Assembly: GCA_973895155.1 (NCBI GenBank)
Contig: OZ316891.1
Coordinates: 30,821,112-30,885,111, forward strand
DNA from: Marsupella aquatica
Taxonomy: Eukaryota; Plantae; Marchantiophyta
Reading direction: 5' to 3'
Length of the DNA stretch: 64,000 nucleotides
Every line of letters begins with the position of its first letter. Within the stretch, counting starts at the first letter, position 1. The position numbers and the translations under genes were made by a program. Under the pieces are notes generated by a model. The model did no database searches. It was given only the letters and a program-made list of their open reading frames with translations, and had not been told where the DNA came from. This document shows, in pieces, positions 22,868 through 36,291 of the stretch.

Positions 22868-23187
22868 TGACTTATAATGACAACACTGTGCGCGCTTGCG
22901 TAATTGCCACGTGTTGTAATATGATTTGTTTAAATCAATGTCATTAAGGACATGAACAAATGCCTGACAGCCGTTCATTCAGTCATTTTGGACACCATGT
23001 CATTTCCAAAATATTGTGTCATTTAGGACTACCATGAATGACTGATGGGAGTTTTACTAATTTTTCTTAATTGACTGTCCTAAAAGACAAGGCAGACATG
23101 ACAAAAAAGCTCTAGTCATATAATGATATAAATGACTTCTTTTTCAGTCCTCATTATAGTCATGAAAGACACTATTTTCCACTAGTG
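22868..23187. mobile_element. Possible terminus of a CACTA-type element into which the copia inserted
   Basis: Ends TTTTCCACTAGTG (reverse complement CACTAGTGGAAAA) after about 10 ATGAC/GTCAT subterminal-type motifs. The partner end was not identified. Confidence 0.4.
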
Positions 23188-24068
23188 TTGCCTAAGCCAA
23201 CAGTATGCCTAAGCCAACAGCATGTCCCGACCACTCAAACAATGTCCGGTTAGATACTGTGCTGACCCAAGGCACTGTTCACTACCTGGCTACTGGCAGT
23301 GACCAAAATGACCAAAGATTGTAGATCTCACAACATACAATATGTTAATGGTGACTTGTAGAAAGAAATCCTGTGACCCTGTTGGACCGCGCCATGTTTG
23401 AGACGCCCTAATTGCAACATGAATGAGGAAGATTTTGCAGATTGACAAACCTTGAGGACAGGCTATGCCAATGCAAGGCGCATATTGGCTTGGGATGTTT
23501 GATTTGTCTCAGAATTGTGTGGACAATAGTTGGAGCACAATAAGGAGTGGTAAGGTTGGAGAGGTTTGGGGCCTGGGCTCTTGTTGTGTCTCACCTTCAA
23601 GTTGCAGATTGTCTCAAGGTCGGTCTGTTTCACAGCTAGTTCATGTATATATTGCACGCTTTAGATGAGCCATTTTACAATCTAGGCATCATCTGCTGAG
23701 ACATCTGTGGGGATCCCCTGGGGGATCCTTGAGAATAATTTCAGGGACCGGCCTGTATTTTATGCCCTTTTCTGTTGGATTCTTCCTCACATGTTCCCCT
23801 GCTTTTGTCAACAGGGTGTGTTGGGATATGATCTTCTTTTCTTGGCTGGAAGTGTATGATGGTTGTGAAGAGAACGTTGGGATTGGACTAGGCGGAACGA
23901 CGATAACCTTGTTGAATTGGAACAAAGATTGACATGGCAGTCTGCTCTTGTGAAGGAGCACCTCAAGTCCATCATCAGCTTCATCAAGATTTCTGAGCTT
24001 TACATTGGTAGTTGGCGCACCTGGTAGTGTTCATGAATTGTTTACGTATGCAAAACAGGAATCATGTA

Positions 24069-24361
24069 CTCGGGGGATTAACTAAGTGTATATTTTGGGG
24101 TACCACGTGCAATCCTAGCATAATATAAACAGACATATTTTATAATGAAAATATATATCCCAAAAATATTCTACATTTTCAATATTAATAACCTATTTTA
24201 GTTTATAAAAGGTATATCTTAGAGAATATTCTATAAACATGAGTTTATAATACCTTCTTTTGTCTCCTACGTTTAAAAAAAATTAGTTTTAAATTTCTAT
24301 CAAAAATAACTATTTTGGATCGCACGTGGTTCTTAAGATTTTTGATAGTCAACCCCCCAAG
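24069..24361. mobile_element. hAT-like MITE, copy 1
   Basis: TIRs CTCGGGGGATTAACTA / TAGTCAACCCCCCAAG; 8-bp TSD ATCATGTA (24061-24068, 24362-24369); AT-rich interior. Confidence 0.8.
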
Positions 24362-26480
24362 ATCATGTATTGACAAGAGATATGTAGGACCAAGGAGTAA
24401 ATTTTGAATTTCATCATCCAGAGGCCAAAATCCTGCAGACGGACCAATTCAGGCCCTAATACTGCAAATTAACCAACTAATTCATGGTTGAGATTCTTTA
24501 TAGAAAGTTTCTTATAGATTACACACGCCTCCCTCAAGTATTTTGCTGTGTCTAATATTTCCGCATGGAAATAGATGATAAATAGCCTCTTGGATTTCTC
24601 CTTCAAACATACCAAACAAAAGTTCTATGCTCCACCACCGCAGTCCTCCATAGGTGTATCTTTTGATATTGGTTAGTGTGGTACATTTGCAGATCCATTT
24701 CAAGGTGTTTCATAACTATTTTTTCAGAAGCAGACAATTTAAGAAGTGCAATTGCAGCTCACCACGCCAAGAACAACCAATCTTATGGCAAGGGTAATCA
24801 ATTTTGGGGCAGCACAAATGTGCCCATCGCAAGGAAAGTCAACATTGCCAAGGAGGGTCTTGCTAAGACATTGTATAAGTGTTTTTGCCTGTTCCCTTAA
24901 ACCAAGAAAACTGCACTCCAAATTGGGGGAATTTCAGTTCTTAATAGCAGGTGGCAAAGGAGGCGGGGGACAAGGCAGAAAAGAAGGTGATGGAGGAGGC
25001 AAAAAACACCCTTGGGTATGACCTTACATTAGTGCTTCTATCTTTAATTTTTTTTAATGCGGTCAGATCTATCTGTCAAAATTAAGTGCTCAGGTCACAG
25101 CATTTGAAACATATTCAAGCAAGGATAGAATAGATTTATTAGAATTGACTGCTAAGTTGATAGCATTCAAAACCAATTTTGCTACATTTGAAACCAAATT
25201 TGCTGCAAGTGACATGGTCAATATAATGATGATTGGAATTAGTTTGCTAGGTATATTCGCTGCAAAGGGCGCTGCAATTGGGGATAATCCCGGGGATAAT
25301 TCCCTAGTTACAAATATTCCCAAACTTCAAAAGCAAAAAAGAAAAGAAAATAGAATTAGGCTCAAAGTCACAAACATGGTGATTATTTTGTTGAAGTGTG
25401 TTGTACCTTATATGCAACGAAGTTAGTTGGCATTCAGCTCAGATCAGGAGGATCTCTGACAAAACACGCCCTATAGAATAGACCATCTCCCTTGACTCAA
25501 TCGGTGTAACATCGTATTGAAGTAGCTTGTAGACTTCTTTGCGTCATCGCTTACAATGTAATCATGAATACATCGTGTCTGGGATAGAATGCATTCGCCG
25601 TCTTAGGCGCCTCCCAAAAACCTCTCAAGTATCAGTCACACACATCTGAGGAAAATTGTCTGTAAGGATCCTAAAACTCAAGTAAACAGAGTCTTACTAT
25701 GGATCATTTGACCGGTAACCCCGACAATTACAAGCAGGATTTGTATGACATTACAAGGCCTTCGAGGATGTTCTTGATGATATTGATTGTTACCGTCCTG
25801 CTGATTGTCGTCCGGAGTTGCTATCTCAAGTTCCTTCAATGAGCAAGGTCAAACCAATTGGGAAATCCTTACCAATCTTAGACATTGCATTGATGAATGT
25901 ATGACCCAGTCAGTCAGTAATCGCATTATCTAACCCGGCTGCTGTAATCCATTGTCTGCACTTGACAAATTGGGTCTCCTGGAAATTTGACAATAATTTC
26001 TATCTATAGCGATGGTTCGGGCGACGGTTACAATTTTACTTCGTCGGCCATGTTGTATTGCAGACAAATGACTCAAAGAAAATTGAGCTGATGTTAAGAA
26101 AACTGTTCATCATCTTGCATTCCAGACATATGAATTCAATACATATACATGAGGAAAATTTGCAATTGAGGACAACAAGTCAGTTGGAGCTCGACGATGC
26201 ATTATCGTCTGCAAATGTAATTACAAAGTATCGAAACATTTTCTCAACCGATGGAAAGAACTTCACTCTGTACAGGAATTCATGCATTGAGCTCCTGCCA
26301 ATCCATCAATAATATATTTAGGTAAAGCAAACGTATAATCAATATCATGCAAATAGAACCAGCCTTAAGTAAACACGAACGGAAAATGCTGGTTGAGAGA
26401 AACAATCTACAGTCACTTTGTTTTGAGAACAAAAGAGAATGAGAAAGTGCTAATGAGATGCCTTGCCTAGGATCTTCTCA

Positions 26481-26650
26481 TTATCATGTGGTTGAGGCTA
26501 AGTTGAGGGATGATACCAGTCTTCAATGGTAGACGTCCTTCAAGTTTTCATCATGGGAGAATTGTTATCATCCCTCAACTTAGCCTCAACCACATGATAA
26601 CAATTCTCCCATGATGAAAACTGGTAGGATGTTGACCATTGTAAACTGGT
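26481..26650. repeat. Interleaved inverted repeats (A-C-A'-C')
   Basis: A (26481-26515) is the exact reverse complement of 26566-26600. C (26515-26570) is a near reverse complement of 26595-26650. Confidence 0.9.
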
Positions 26651-26780
26651 AGGATGTTAACTATAGTTACTTGCTTAACTGGCATTGGCAAGCCATGGCA
26701 AATTAATTATTAATCTAAAAAAGTGGCACAATATGACATTAGACAAAAGAGAATCATAGTGTAGTAAGTCTCATCTCATT

Positions 26781-27195
26781 AGGGCATCTCAAAACTGGGT
26801 CATTAGTGAAAGTTACAAATTTGTGGTATATCAAAGTTATGGGACCCAGTTATGGAATTTTAAAAATGGGGGGAGATAGTATTGACCAGCCCCATAAGAC
26901 AAGAGTTACAGCCTCACCTGTCTTATAGCCTGTATTCTTTTTTCCTCCATTCTTGATTAGCCGCCATCTCAAATTCAGCAGTCATCAAGCCCACATCGTG
27001 CCTTCAGTTGCAACTTTCTGGAGTTTTGGAGTCCTGGATTTCTGGATTTGCTCCTAAAGTTGCGGGAAAGTTATGGGTTAAGTGTTGAGTCCACGGGCTT
27101 TCCTTACAGTAGTTGAAAAATGGCTCCCATAACTTTTACCGGAGTTCCCGTAATATTGGAGTCATGGGAGATCTTATCTTGCTTTGAGACACCCT
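26781..27195. mobile_element. MITE with AGGG..TCTCAA TIRs and ATT TSD (PIF/Harbinger-related), copy 1
   Basis: AGGGCATCTCAAAAC ... GCTTTGAGACACCCT, flanked by ATT on both sides. Confidence 0.65.
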
Positions 27196-28649
27196 ATTTT
27201 ACCATAATTATCAGCCTCGGGTGAGCTTGTTTGATTCTACAGTATGAAATTCAGTAATGCACTGTATACAGTGTAAATTGTAGAGTACTCCTCCTGTCAG
27301 GCAGAGAGGGGTTCCATGCTGGACTACTTGGAGCATCTCGAGGGTGGACAATAACAGTAAGTGGGACTGTGGGAGGTACCGTTCCTTGGGTTCCTTTTTG
27401 CTTTCATGTTTTGCTTCTGGCTTTGGGGCTGCTAATGCACTTTTGCTAATATTATTTGTCTTGTGCTGGAGCTGTGACTTGTAAAGGTACCACCTGGTTG
27501 GGCTCTGTGCCTGCTTGTCGCTGGGTCAGGACAAGGGGCAGTCCCCTGGTGATGATGGACCAAAAAGTAAAGACGTATTGGGTTTTGTTCCCCATTATAT
27601 GGACTTTCCGCTTCTAATTTTTTTAAGGTTATTCTTAAAGTAAAAGCTCGTTTTGCCTTGTTCTCCATGGAAACAATTTTTATTCTATCAATAGAGAATA
27701 ATGATGGTGCACACCAGCGGTTTTTTGTGGGAGTTTGGGTCGTAGTGGTGGAGACAGCCGATTCGTTTCTGGAAGGAGGGCTGGCGACCCTTTCTCTAAC
27801 CCAGGTCACTTTTTGGTGGCAATTCAAAAGTCAGGTGGCAATTCAAAAAAACGCCATGGAAGAAGATTTGGCTAGTTTGAAAGGGGTTGTGTAAGAATGA
27901 CAGGTCATTTCAGGCATGGCAATCCAACTATGGAATTGATAGGAAATTTGTGGAAAAATGTGAAGTAGGTTCTCTAGAAGGGAATTGAACCTCTCCATGT
28001 GTCCAAAGCCACATGTTGCCAGGAGGAATTCAAATATAGATGCAGCAGGGAGGCTTTGAATTCCTCATTTCCTCAAGCTATTGAGTTGCACTTGGCAACT
28101 TGAAAGTAACATGCGTGTGGCGCGGGCCGGGAAATTTGAGGATGAGGAGAGTGGAAACTTTACTGTAAGGGCCTGTGGGAGAGAGTGGCAACTTCATGCC
28201 CTTGCCACTCAAGAGTGGTGGCCAGATGCCACCAGATTTTAGTCCAATGTTGACCTTTTTATTCCTTTATAAAGTAGCCTTTGAGGGACAAATTCTGCAG
28301 AATTTTGCCAATAAAAAAAAGTGGGCTGCTTTTGATGATTCTGTGGAACCCGAGCTCATCAGCATGCCTGCAGAAGGAAGAAGCAGCGCGTCAACGTAAA
28401 TTCTGAACGGATTAAGGTTACCAGCGAGTATCCATTTCTAGTCCGCGCTCCTATTCTCAAACTCTGGTGTCTGCAATAGACAGCAGTGTAATCTTTCTCA
28501 CACAATTTACGCACAATAACCAAGGCAGGGCAGGGTTTTGGGCTCTAACCCTACTACCTAAATGTTCGGAAATTTTGGCCTTAGCGGGGCAGTTTATTCT
28601 CACATTCTGGATGGAGGGTTATACTCACATTCCGGACACAGGGTTACAG

Positions 28650-29177
28650 CCTAGTAAGGCCGGCCCACACATTGGTTATCCTATATGTAACTATACTTAC
28701 TGGGCCACACATTGGTTCTCTGATATGGAACTATGCTTACTAGGCCCGCCCACATTGGTTATTTTATATGTAACTATGCTTGATTGCTCCCAACTATACT
28801 TACTAGCCCGGTTTGACCTGATGGGCAACTTGACGCCTTGCCCTACACATAAAATCATCAAATGATGGCCCAAAAACGACCCATTTGACGCATATTCCAA
28901 GTTATTCCCCGGTCATTCCCGAATTTTCCCAAACTCCGTCCCAACCCGGTCCCCAGGTCCCCCAGACTCCCCCAGTCTAGTGAGCCGGTTCCCCGGTTCA
29001 GGGTCGGGGCCGGGCCGGGGCAAGGCCGGGTGGGTGGGGGGACCAGGCGACTGGATGACGGGGTCAAGACTCCCAATATGCCCGGGCTCACTAGGCCAGC
29101 CCACACATTGGTGATAGTATATGTAACTATACTTACTAGGCCCCATTGGTTATTTTATATGCTTGATTGCTCCCAAA
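28650..29177. repeat. Diverged ~43-bp tandem array interrupted by a GC-rich insertion (about 28805-29089)
   Basis: GGCC..CCCACACATTGGTT...ATATGTAACTATACTTACT units lie on both sides; the insert has short AGCCCGG/CCGGGCT ends. Confidence 0.7.
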
Positions 29178-30057
29178 GGAGAACTCTATTCAATGTAACG
29201 TTAGCAATGTTAAACGCAAGCAAAGGTACAGAGAACCGAGTGGGACCAGAGGTCAGAGTGCGGGAGGAGAATTCCACCCAACGGATGTGTGCGGATCTTT
29301 CTTGGATTGTAATTCTTGGATTGGTTTTCGAGGAAACCAACAAAGAACAAGGGTGTGTAATTGATTCCTATACCAGAATGGCAAACAACGGATCTCGTCC
29401 AAACAGTCAAACAAGTTGAAGTTGTTGAAGCTTGAGGAAGAAAAGACCGTTTTGCCTATCATTCTCTCCTACTTGAAGGGGTGAAGTGACTGGTAGTGTA
29501 GTAGTATCAACCAATCAATCAAATCAATCAATCAAGCAGGAGGGCCGGGAAGAAGGAGGATCGTGCTACAGTCTAGTCAATCGCCGAAGATGCCGTGCAG
29601 TCAAGCATGATGATGAGCTGATAGAAACGGAGCTACCTTCCAATTTGTCTTTACAACCGTATATCGATACAAACGGCCGAAATCATCGACCCGAAGCAGG
29701 AGATTTTACAAGATGCGGAATTAATCGATTATCGATTATCATTCCACCTTGGCCAGGATTGGTAAAGTTTGCTAAAATTCTTCTCCATCATTCTTCATTA
29801 CCGGTAGGAGAGGGATGGTTAGTATCATTGGATGCGCTCCAATCAATCTGTCACTGGCCTGCAAGCGAGAGATGCTGTTTCGAAAAGTATCTGATCCACC
29901 GCGTTTTTTGTTCTACCACGAAAGTAACTCAACCTTTTTGAGCAACATCGCATTGGAAGGTGTGCAAGTTGCACATGCAAGCTAGTGTAGGCTGAATGAT
30001 CCACCGTTCAAGTTGGGAGCAAGAGCCATCCTGAAATTTCTCACGAAAAACTAGTGT

Positions 30058-30235
30058 TAAATGTGAGTGATAGAAAAAGGCACCGTTCCTCTGGTGGCCA
30101 AAATGTGAGTGATAGAAAAAGGTACCGTTCCTCTGGTGGCCACAACACACAGCGGATGGCTGCTCTGTCAAATCCAAGGAGCCAAATAGACTTTTGGGTC
30201 GGTCACAAGGAGCCAAATAAACTTTTGGGTCGGTC
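30058..30235. repeat. Two short tandem duplications (~42 bp and ~31 bp)
   Basis: AAATGTGAGTGATAGAAAAAGG.ACCGTTCCTCTGGTGGCCA x2; CAAGGAGCCAAATA.ACTTTTGGGTCGGTC x2. Confidence 0.85.
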
Positions 30236-31659
30236 TGCATTATTATTCGATGAAAGGCCACTGGCACCAACTATACATCGGCAAAGCTACCAGTTGCCCT
30301 GGTTCCTGCACGCCGACCTCTTCTCGGTACAAAGGCTTGTCTCCTTTTGTGAGCTGTCCACTTTTATGAAGTGTAAATTTTCAAGGCAAAACTATATGTA
30401 CATCGATAAAGCGTAACATTTGGAGTACTTCACATCTCCATCCCAACTCTTGAGGATAAGTCTTACGCCGATGGTGCAAGTCACAGAATGGGGTCCCGTG
30501 AATTGGACACACGCAAACTGTTAGAGCTCCGCAATGAAGTACCCAATAAGTATACATGCTTTACTGTACTGGGTATAAACGTCGATCGAGACGTCCAAAA
30601 CGGGTGAGCCACATGTGGAGTTTACTTGACTGTCTCGACCTTGTCTCGTTGACGACAGAAAACACCTGTGATCCGACTCCATGATTGATAATGGACGGAA
30701 ACATGAATCTCTAGACGCACGCGCCTCTCAAATGTCAATCATGGGGAGCCACTGGGATGGGGATTTCGGTGGAACGTCAAAACTTGTGCAGTGGGCAGAC
30801 TTTTGGAGGGCCCTGTCAGGAACGGATCGCATCTCTAGAGGCCCAGGAGATAACGATCGGTGGAAATGCCGAATCATACCAACGCGTTGCGCACCAACAC
30901 GATGTCCTGGCACTTGGCTCGAGAGAGCAAAAGTGTCCGTTCGGAACGAAGAAAGGTAAGCGGCTCATGCAGTCAACACATATGAATCAATCGGTGTTAC
31001 GTTTCCGATCTTGTTCTAACCAAAGTCCTTTCCACGGCTCCACTTCAACGACCAAAGACCAAAGTGCCGGTGACTTTGAACCATCCGTCGGTTAAAATGT
31101 CCACAGATGAAAACGAGGTAGGGGCCCAGCCAGCTACTTTTCTTGAAAAGGATCGGTTACTATCACCTCCAGATTTAGGAAGCTTGTACTCTGTGTCAAA
31201 CGAAGAACCATATCTTCAGTGTCGTTTCGACTACTACTGTATGTGCTAGAAGGTCGTCCATTGCAATCGCTCCTGCGACCCAAACTATAATCAATTTTCC
31301 AAAAAGGTGTACTGATCCTGTGCGTACTCATTGGTCTACCAATGAATATCTCCCACCATGGAGTGACCCTAGTAAGAATACAGAAGCTACGTCTCTTTTT
31401 GAAGAGCAAAAGCCTATATTAGCTGGAGTGCCATGCTAAGATTCGGAATCGGACACGTTGCGGCAACCATGTAGGTTAAAGGCCCAGGCTATTCTTCCCA
31501 AAGTACAAAGACATCCGTCATCGCCGCCGCCCCCTAACATCTACTCTATCTCATAAAAGCGAAGATACGATAGGTGAAGGGTTCCAACTTTTTGACCGGG
31601 TCAATAGCTAATGAGTGCAATAAAGGCCAAAGGGAGCCATTCGGATTCCATATGCAAAG

Positions 31660-32280
31660 GAGACATCCAGGACGTGCGATAGGAAAACTTCATTAGGACG
31701 GCGAGGCCGACATCTCAGAAATCCATACACAGGAGAAACCACTCCGGTAGTCGTACGATAGGTGTGGCAGACATCTCAGGGACCCCATCAAAAGAAAAGC
31801 AAATAACAGCCGAGGTAGACATCTCAGGAACCAAAGACAATAGAAGCACTGCAATTGCACGGTGAGACAGACATCTTAGGAGTCATTGCAGGAAAAAGAA
31901 TAACTTCATTTCCATGAGTTTCCATGAGTCATGCATGTTTCTCAGCAATCCGTCACAGGAAGACACGGATTTGCAGCAGATTTCCGAGCAATCCATCACA
32001 GGACAAAATATTGCACGGTGAGGCAGACATCTCAGGAATCCATCATATGAAGGAGAAACAGGAACTCCATTTGCTCGTTGAGGGAGATTATCTTAGGGAT
32101 CCATGACACAGGAGAAAGCACTTCATCTAGCGGTGGGGGAGAAATCTTGGGGATCCAGCATAAAGAAAAGCTGTGAGGACGACTCAGGATTTCATCACTG
32201 GAGTAACCTTCCATTAGCACAAGAAGGCAGATATGTCAGGAATTTACCACAGGTGAAACGGCCCACTTCCACGGTGCAAG
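31660..32280. repeat. Degenerate ~50-60 bp array with AGACATCTCAGGAATCC core
   Basis: The core recurs about 10 times with diverged intervening sequence. Confidence 0.65.
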
Positions 32281-33180
32281 TTGTCTCCATTACAGAGGAA
32301 AAAGGGAAGTACATATGTCACAAATCCAGCACACAGGGGAAGACAACCCGAGGGAATATGAAAGAACCACATATCACTAATATAATTAGAGCATCAATAC
32401 AAACCACAATGTTTGGTGAGTACCGAGATGTCCGAGTACAAGATGTGGGCTGCGAAAAAGTCCGGTAATTTCATTTCAAACTTCACATGTTGATGTAACA
32501 GGTTTCATCCTTTGTTTGCAAAAGGTAATGTATTCTGAAACAACGTCAATGTTCTAAGCCACTATGGTCGCGCAGTTGGCTGGCCGGATATATGGCTTCA
32601 AGTAAAAATAAGGGCCCTCAGACAACGGTTCTGAGCCAAGGCACTCCGACAGTCCTAATTCCAACCGTGTACAATGAAGTGCTGTACTGATCTTCTCTCC
32701 AATGGGGCATTGCATTCCATTTGCCCCAAGGTCTGTCGACTTAAATAGATCTACAAATGCAGCCTGCGATGACATATAGGCCCCGATTAGGGCCAAAAAG
32801 CAGTAGTGTCAATACCGCTAACTCTCAATATTCATGTGGCGAGGAACATTGAGGATTCTCTTGCGTCTTTACATGATCTGCACTATGTACCCAGGCAGGG
32901 TGGAACAGAAACACGAATTTGTACAGATATCCAGCTCAACAGATCATTATAGTGTGTAACGGCCTGAGCTCGTGGGAGATTTTGGAAGGGTCAGCAGAGC
33001 CCTGTACCTAACTAAATTCAACTCACGCCTACCGTCGCACTCGTGGAGAATTTTCAATTCCCATGCCCTCAGATGGATGGAGAGTAGCCAAGAATATGAC
33101 TTCTAACAAATACTACTACTCATCACACAGCAGAGTGCATGCATACTAGGTAAGGCTTTCAAGTCCCAGCCCCATCATAT

Positions 33181-36100
33181 TCATGCTCCGGCTCCCCTGC
33201 CACCCCCGTTGGGTACCATGAGGTCATAGGTGACCAGATTTATACCTCGCACCCACAATTCAGCATCCTCGGCAAGGGATGCATCAAAGTGCACTTCCCT
33301 CCCCTTGTTAGTGACGACACGGAAGACTCCAGGGCTGGTGGGATCTCCCTTTCGCCTTCTATTCCTTTGAAAGTCGTGACTGGGCCCCAGTATCGCCTCC
33401 TTAATGACCACATTTCGTCTCCTGGAACTCCCCCAGCTTAGTACTCCTGACTGCAAGATGCACAAAACTTTCAAGTGTTGTTTGCCTTTGCCATGTCTTG
33501 TGTGTTTATAAAGTTCACCTCCAACAAAGACGAACTTCCTAGCCAAGTGATCTAAGATGACTCCCTCAGCTGCTTTAGAAGTCGAATTCTTTCGAGCCAA
33601 AGCTAGAGCAGTTTCACCTCGAGGGTTAGTAAGATGGATATCTGCTCCAGCTAATAACAAGAGTCTGCATGCTGCAGCATGCCCTCCTTTTGCAGCAAGC
33701 ATCAGTGCTGTGTAGCCGTCTTCGCTCCATTCGTTGATCGAACATCCTCTATTTACAATTTGGGTAAGAACTTGGATGTGGCCTCTACGAGCAGCGAAGT
33801 GAAGGACCTGGAAACGATCGCTGTTGATTACGTTGGCAAGAATAGCATCGAGAAGAATCCATTCCAGACGCTCCAGAATGGTCGGTTTAGCGAGACTAAT
33901 AGCAGTGTCACCCTTCTTACTCTTGATGCCAATGTCCGCACCAGCATACAGCAAGAGCTTAAATGCGTCGATGTGTCCTTCTCGGGCAGCAACCATGACC
34001 GCCGTATAGCCAAACTTGTCTTGAATATTAACATCAATGCCGAATCCGGACTGCTCGAGCAACATTTGCAAGACATTTACGTCTCCCGTCTTCGCCACGA
34101 AATGAAGAGTTGAAAACACTGTTGGATCACTTGACCAGATATGCCGACCTTTCACTAGGGCATCCCACACCATTTTTAACACAGCTGTGCCATAGCCATG
34201 GCCTTCGGCGATACTAATAGCACTCTGACCCGATTTGTTCAAGAGGCCCAAATCAGCACCTGCTGCCAGCAATTCTTCGAAACAATCCCAGAATTTGTAT
34301 TTCGCGCAGAGCATGAGTGCGGAATCTTTAAATTCTGTGACAGGGTCCAGAGCGCAGCCGTAGCTTATCAGCACTCGTAAGCCAGGAAACCATCCGGATC
34401 GAGCTGCATAATGAAGAGAACGTTCCCGACCACCATTGCCTTGCATCAAAAACTCAGCATTTGCTCCAGCTTCCAAAATCATCTGCATTGCAGGAATGTT
34501 TCTACATAGGATTGCGTGCGAGATGAGCGTTCTTCCGTTATGCTCACTGTCCGGACTTAGGTACTTGAGGACAGTTGCCAATATCTCGCCAGAAGCTTCC
34601 CAGTATTCAACAGCACACCAGGCTTCGTTGTACGGTTCTCCCAGACCAGCTCCCACACGGAGCTCCTCGCCATTGATAGCGTCCCAAGACCAAGCCCCCA
34701 AACTAGATTTGCAACCTGTCTTCGCACCAGCCTGAATTCCCAAGCGACTCCGTTAGAATAAGCCACGAATGGAAGCCCAACAAACATAATCGCAGTGGAT
34801 CGACTTATTTGCTAAAACAAGCAAAGTTGAGTACGCCACAATGACAAAGGCAGATGGTACTACTAACCGAGCATCATTACACACAACATTGCGCTCAAGC
34901 GAACACTTCGCTGAAGACATAAGACGAATGACGGAGGGAACTCACCGTGAGTAAGTAATCCACCACTAGGGTCTGTCTGCCAACTATGGCTGCAAATAGT
35001 GGAGTGCAGTCGACATCCGCGTAGAGTTTAGGCTTGGCTGAGCGGAGAAGAACACGGTGCCAAGAGTTGACGTCTACTCCACTCTGCAAACGGCATAGAA
35101 GAAAATCAGAGAACGACCCTGCGAAGTCCTTCAGTAAATTCTCAATGAGAAACCCTCAATTTCCGACTCAATCCTGCGTTATAGGTCGAGTTTTCTTAAA
35201 AACGTGAAGCTGAAGTGCATGGCCAGTTGTGACACAGAAAACGTGGGTCAAAGTCAAGAGGGAGCAGCCAGATTATTACCCTGATGAGGGCGGCCACCAC
35301 ATCCACAAGTCCCCGACTACAGGCGTGGACAAGTGCTTGCGCGAGTACGTCGAGCCTGGTCAAGTCCGTAGCAATCAGCAGCTCCACTGCTTTCACTTGA
35401 TTAAACAAGCAGGCCTCCAGAAGAGCCTCCTCGACTGCTTCCTGCCCAGCCCCAGCTCTGAGTAAGAGATCCAGTACTGAAATGTGGCCCTCCCTGGAAG
35501 CAGCAGTCGTGGGGTGACCTTTGAACAGCTGTTCATTTACTTGAGCCCCTGCACCCTGGGAACAAGACAATAGCCATATTTTAGCGACAGATATACTAGG
35601 ACTGAAGACCCACTCGAGCTACTAAGGTCACTTAGTCAGAGAGTGAGCAGACCGAGTAGAAACCTGACCATAATGCAGAATGGCTTCACACCTGAAATAA
35701 TGACTCTCAGAATCCCTGTGAAACTTCATGACAACGAGGATAGGTCTCACTGACGCTCTCCTTGATGATAATTACAATGCCCAGACTCAAGAAGGTCAGA
35801 GCAACAAATGTACGCGAAACTCAATAGGATTGCATGTCCTTCAGCGTGTGAGGAGATTAAAAATAACGAAGGAAATCCTTCCATAGAATGTGATAGAAAA
35901 GAGGGCACCCCTCACGTATTAAGTGAAATATGGGCAAGACTCCTAGGAGTAAACTTCTCGGCGGCCACTGGAAAAGGAAATGCAAAAATATCGCTTCTCT
36001 TACCAGGAGCTTCTTCGTGATTCCGGCGTGTCCAGCATGGGCAGCGGCAAACAAGGGTGTCACATCGGTCTTGAATTCCTGGTAATCGAAGTTAACCTCA

Positions 36101-36291
36101 TCGGCAACCTCTCCTCGCTGAATCGAGTCTGTGTACTTCACCCGAAGGTTCACAGTTCCAACATAGTTCACATCTACCAGCTCGTGCTTAAGAGACTCTG
36201 TGACAGACTCCTCGTCGCCCCTGAGAGATGCCTGGAGCAACCGTTGCGAGGCTTTGTCCTCCAGCAGTTTTGGGTAAACGAGCTGCCTCAT
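33181..36291 (-). CDS. Ankyrin-repeat protein with C-terminal PH-like domain (plant family resembling Arabidopsis At5g14230), about 750 aa, 4 coding exons
   Basis: Coding exons 36291-36004, 35555-35280, 35083-34946 and 34731-33181 (GT-AG, all phase 0). Many ANK motifs (TPLFAAAHAG, YTAVMVAAREG, YTALMLAAKGG). C-terminal GGELYKHTRHGKGK...EVHFDAS...AELWVRGINL is PH-like. The family was recognised from memory. The start ATG is inferred; an upstream UTR intron acceptor lies at about 36323. Confidence 0.88.

Noticed and set aside
11943-23187. CACTAGTG at 11943 paired with CACTAGTG ending at 23187 as one CACTA element
   Set aside because: Only an 8-bp palindrome matches, and the putative 3-bp TSDs differ (CTG vs TTG).
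25400-26320. Coding-like composition suggesting a pseudogene or viral relic
   Set aside because: Manual translation gave multiple stops and no motif I could recognise; it needs BLASTX.
31660-32280. CRISPR interpretation of the core-and-spacer array
   Set aside because: Cores are short and degenerate, the linkers are related to each other and variable in length, and no cas genes are present.
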